Shown here: in pieces, positions 63,993 through 64,000 of the stretch | How positions within the stretch are numbered: position 1 is the stretch's first letter | Layout of the letters: the number at the start of each line of letters is the position of its first letter | From: Acinetobacter phage Acba_11 | Length of the DNA stretch: 64,000 nt | Strand: one strand, 5' to 3' | Sequence record: OQ101254.1 | The notes under the pieces: generated by a model | Database searches by the model: none | Seen by the model: only the letters and a program-made list of their open reading frames with translations | What the model was told of the DNA's origin: nothing | Translations under genes and position numbers: made by a program

Positions 63993-64000
63993 CGTTCAAA

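Overview
The window is essentially all temperate-phage DNA, about 40% GC, with GH108-type endolysin and Acinetobacter/Moraxellaceae-like codon usage. That host assignment is tentative.

Layout:
- 1-6100 (+): end of an early/nin-type region of small genes, including a DUF1064 resolvase-like gene, an HNH remnant and a D12-class Dam methylase.
- 6153-17816 and 18613-30152: two diverged tandem copies (about 85-90% identical) of an ~11.5 kb packaging+head module. Each runs endonuclease-like gene, HExxH gene, terS, terL, portal, Mu-F/SPP1-gp7 head morphogenesis protein, moron slot, scaffold, capsid, connector, gp10-like. A NinB-like gene is wedged between the copies, and only copy 2 continues into tail genes.
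- 30177-52722: lambda-like siphovirus tail module: tube, G/GT chaperone with a canonical G GGA AAG -1 slippery site, a 3.2 kb moron island, a second chaperone paralog, tape measure protein with SLT domain, M/L/K/I homologues and a 3489-aa J-like repetitive fibre.
- 53839-54952: lysis cassette (holin, GH108 endolysin, small lipoprotein).
- 54953-55440: AT-rich junction.
- 55438-63992 (-): left arm of a second lambdoid prophage running from a P4-type integrase through to a CI-like S24 repressor, with xis-like gene, small phage Dam, AAA_24 ATPase, pentapeptide-repeat protein and three cargo genes between them.

Nearly every late gene is preceded by a rho-independent terminator followed by a stereotyped TTTTTT-ATTGCG-SD cassette. 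No tRNA, rRNA or CRISPR array was found.

Most notable candidates:
- a P22 immI-like Mnt/Arc/AntA antirepressor module inside the tail region;
- a three-gene cargo co-oriented with and downstream of cI, in the lambda rexAB position;
- a pentapeptide-repeat protein built on a 15-bp DNA tandem repeat as the first gene behind a PL-like operator;
- the duplicated head module itself.
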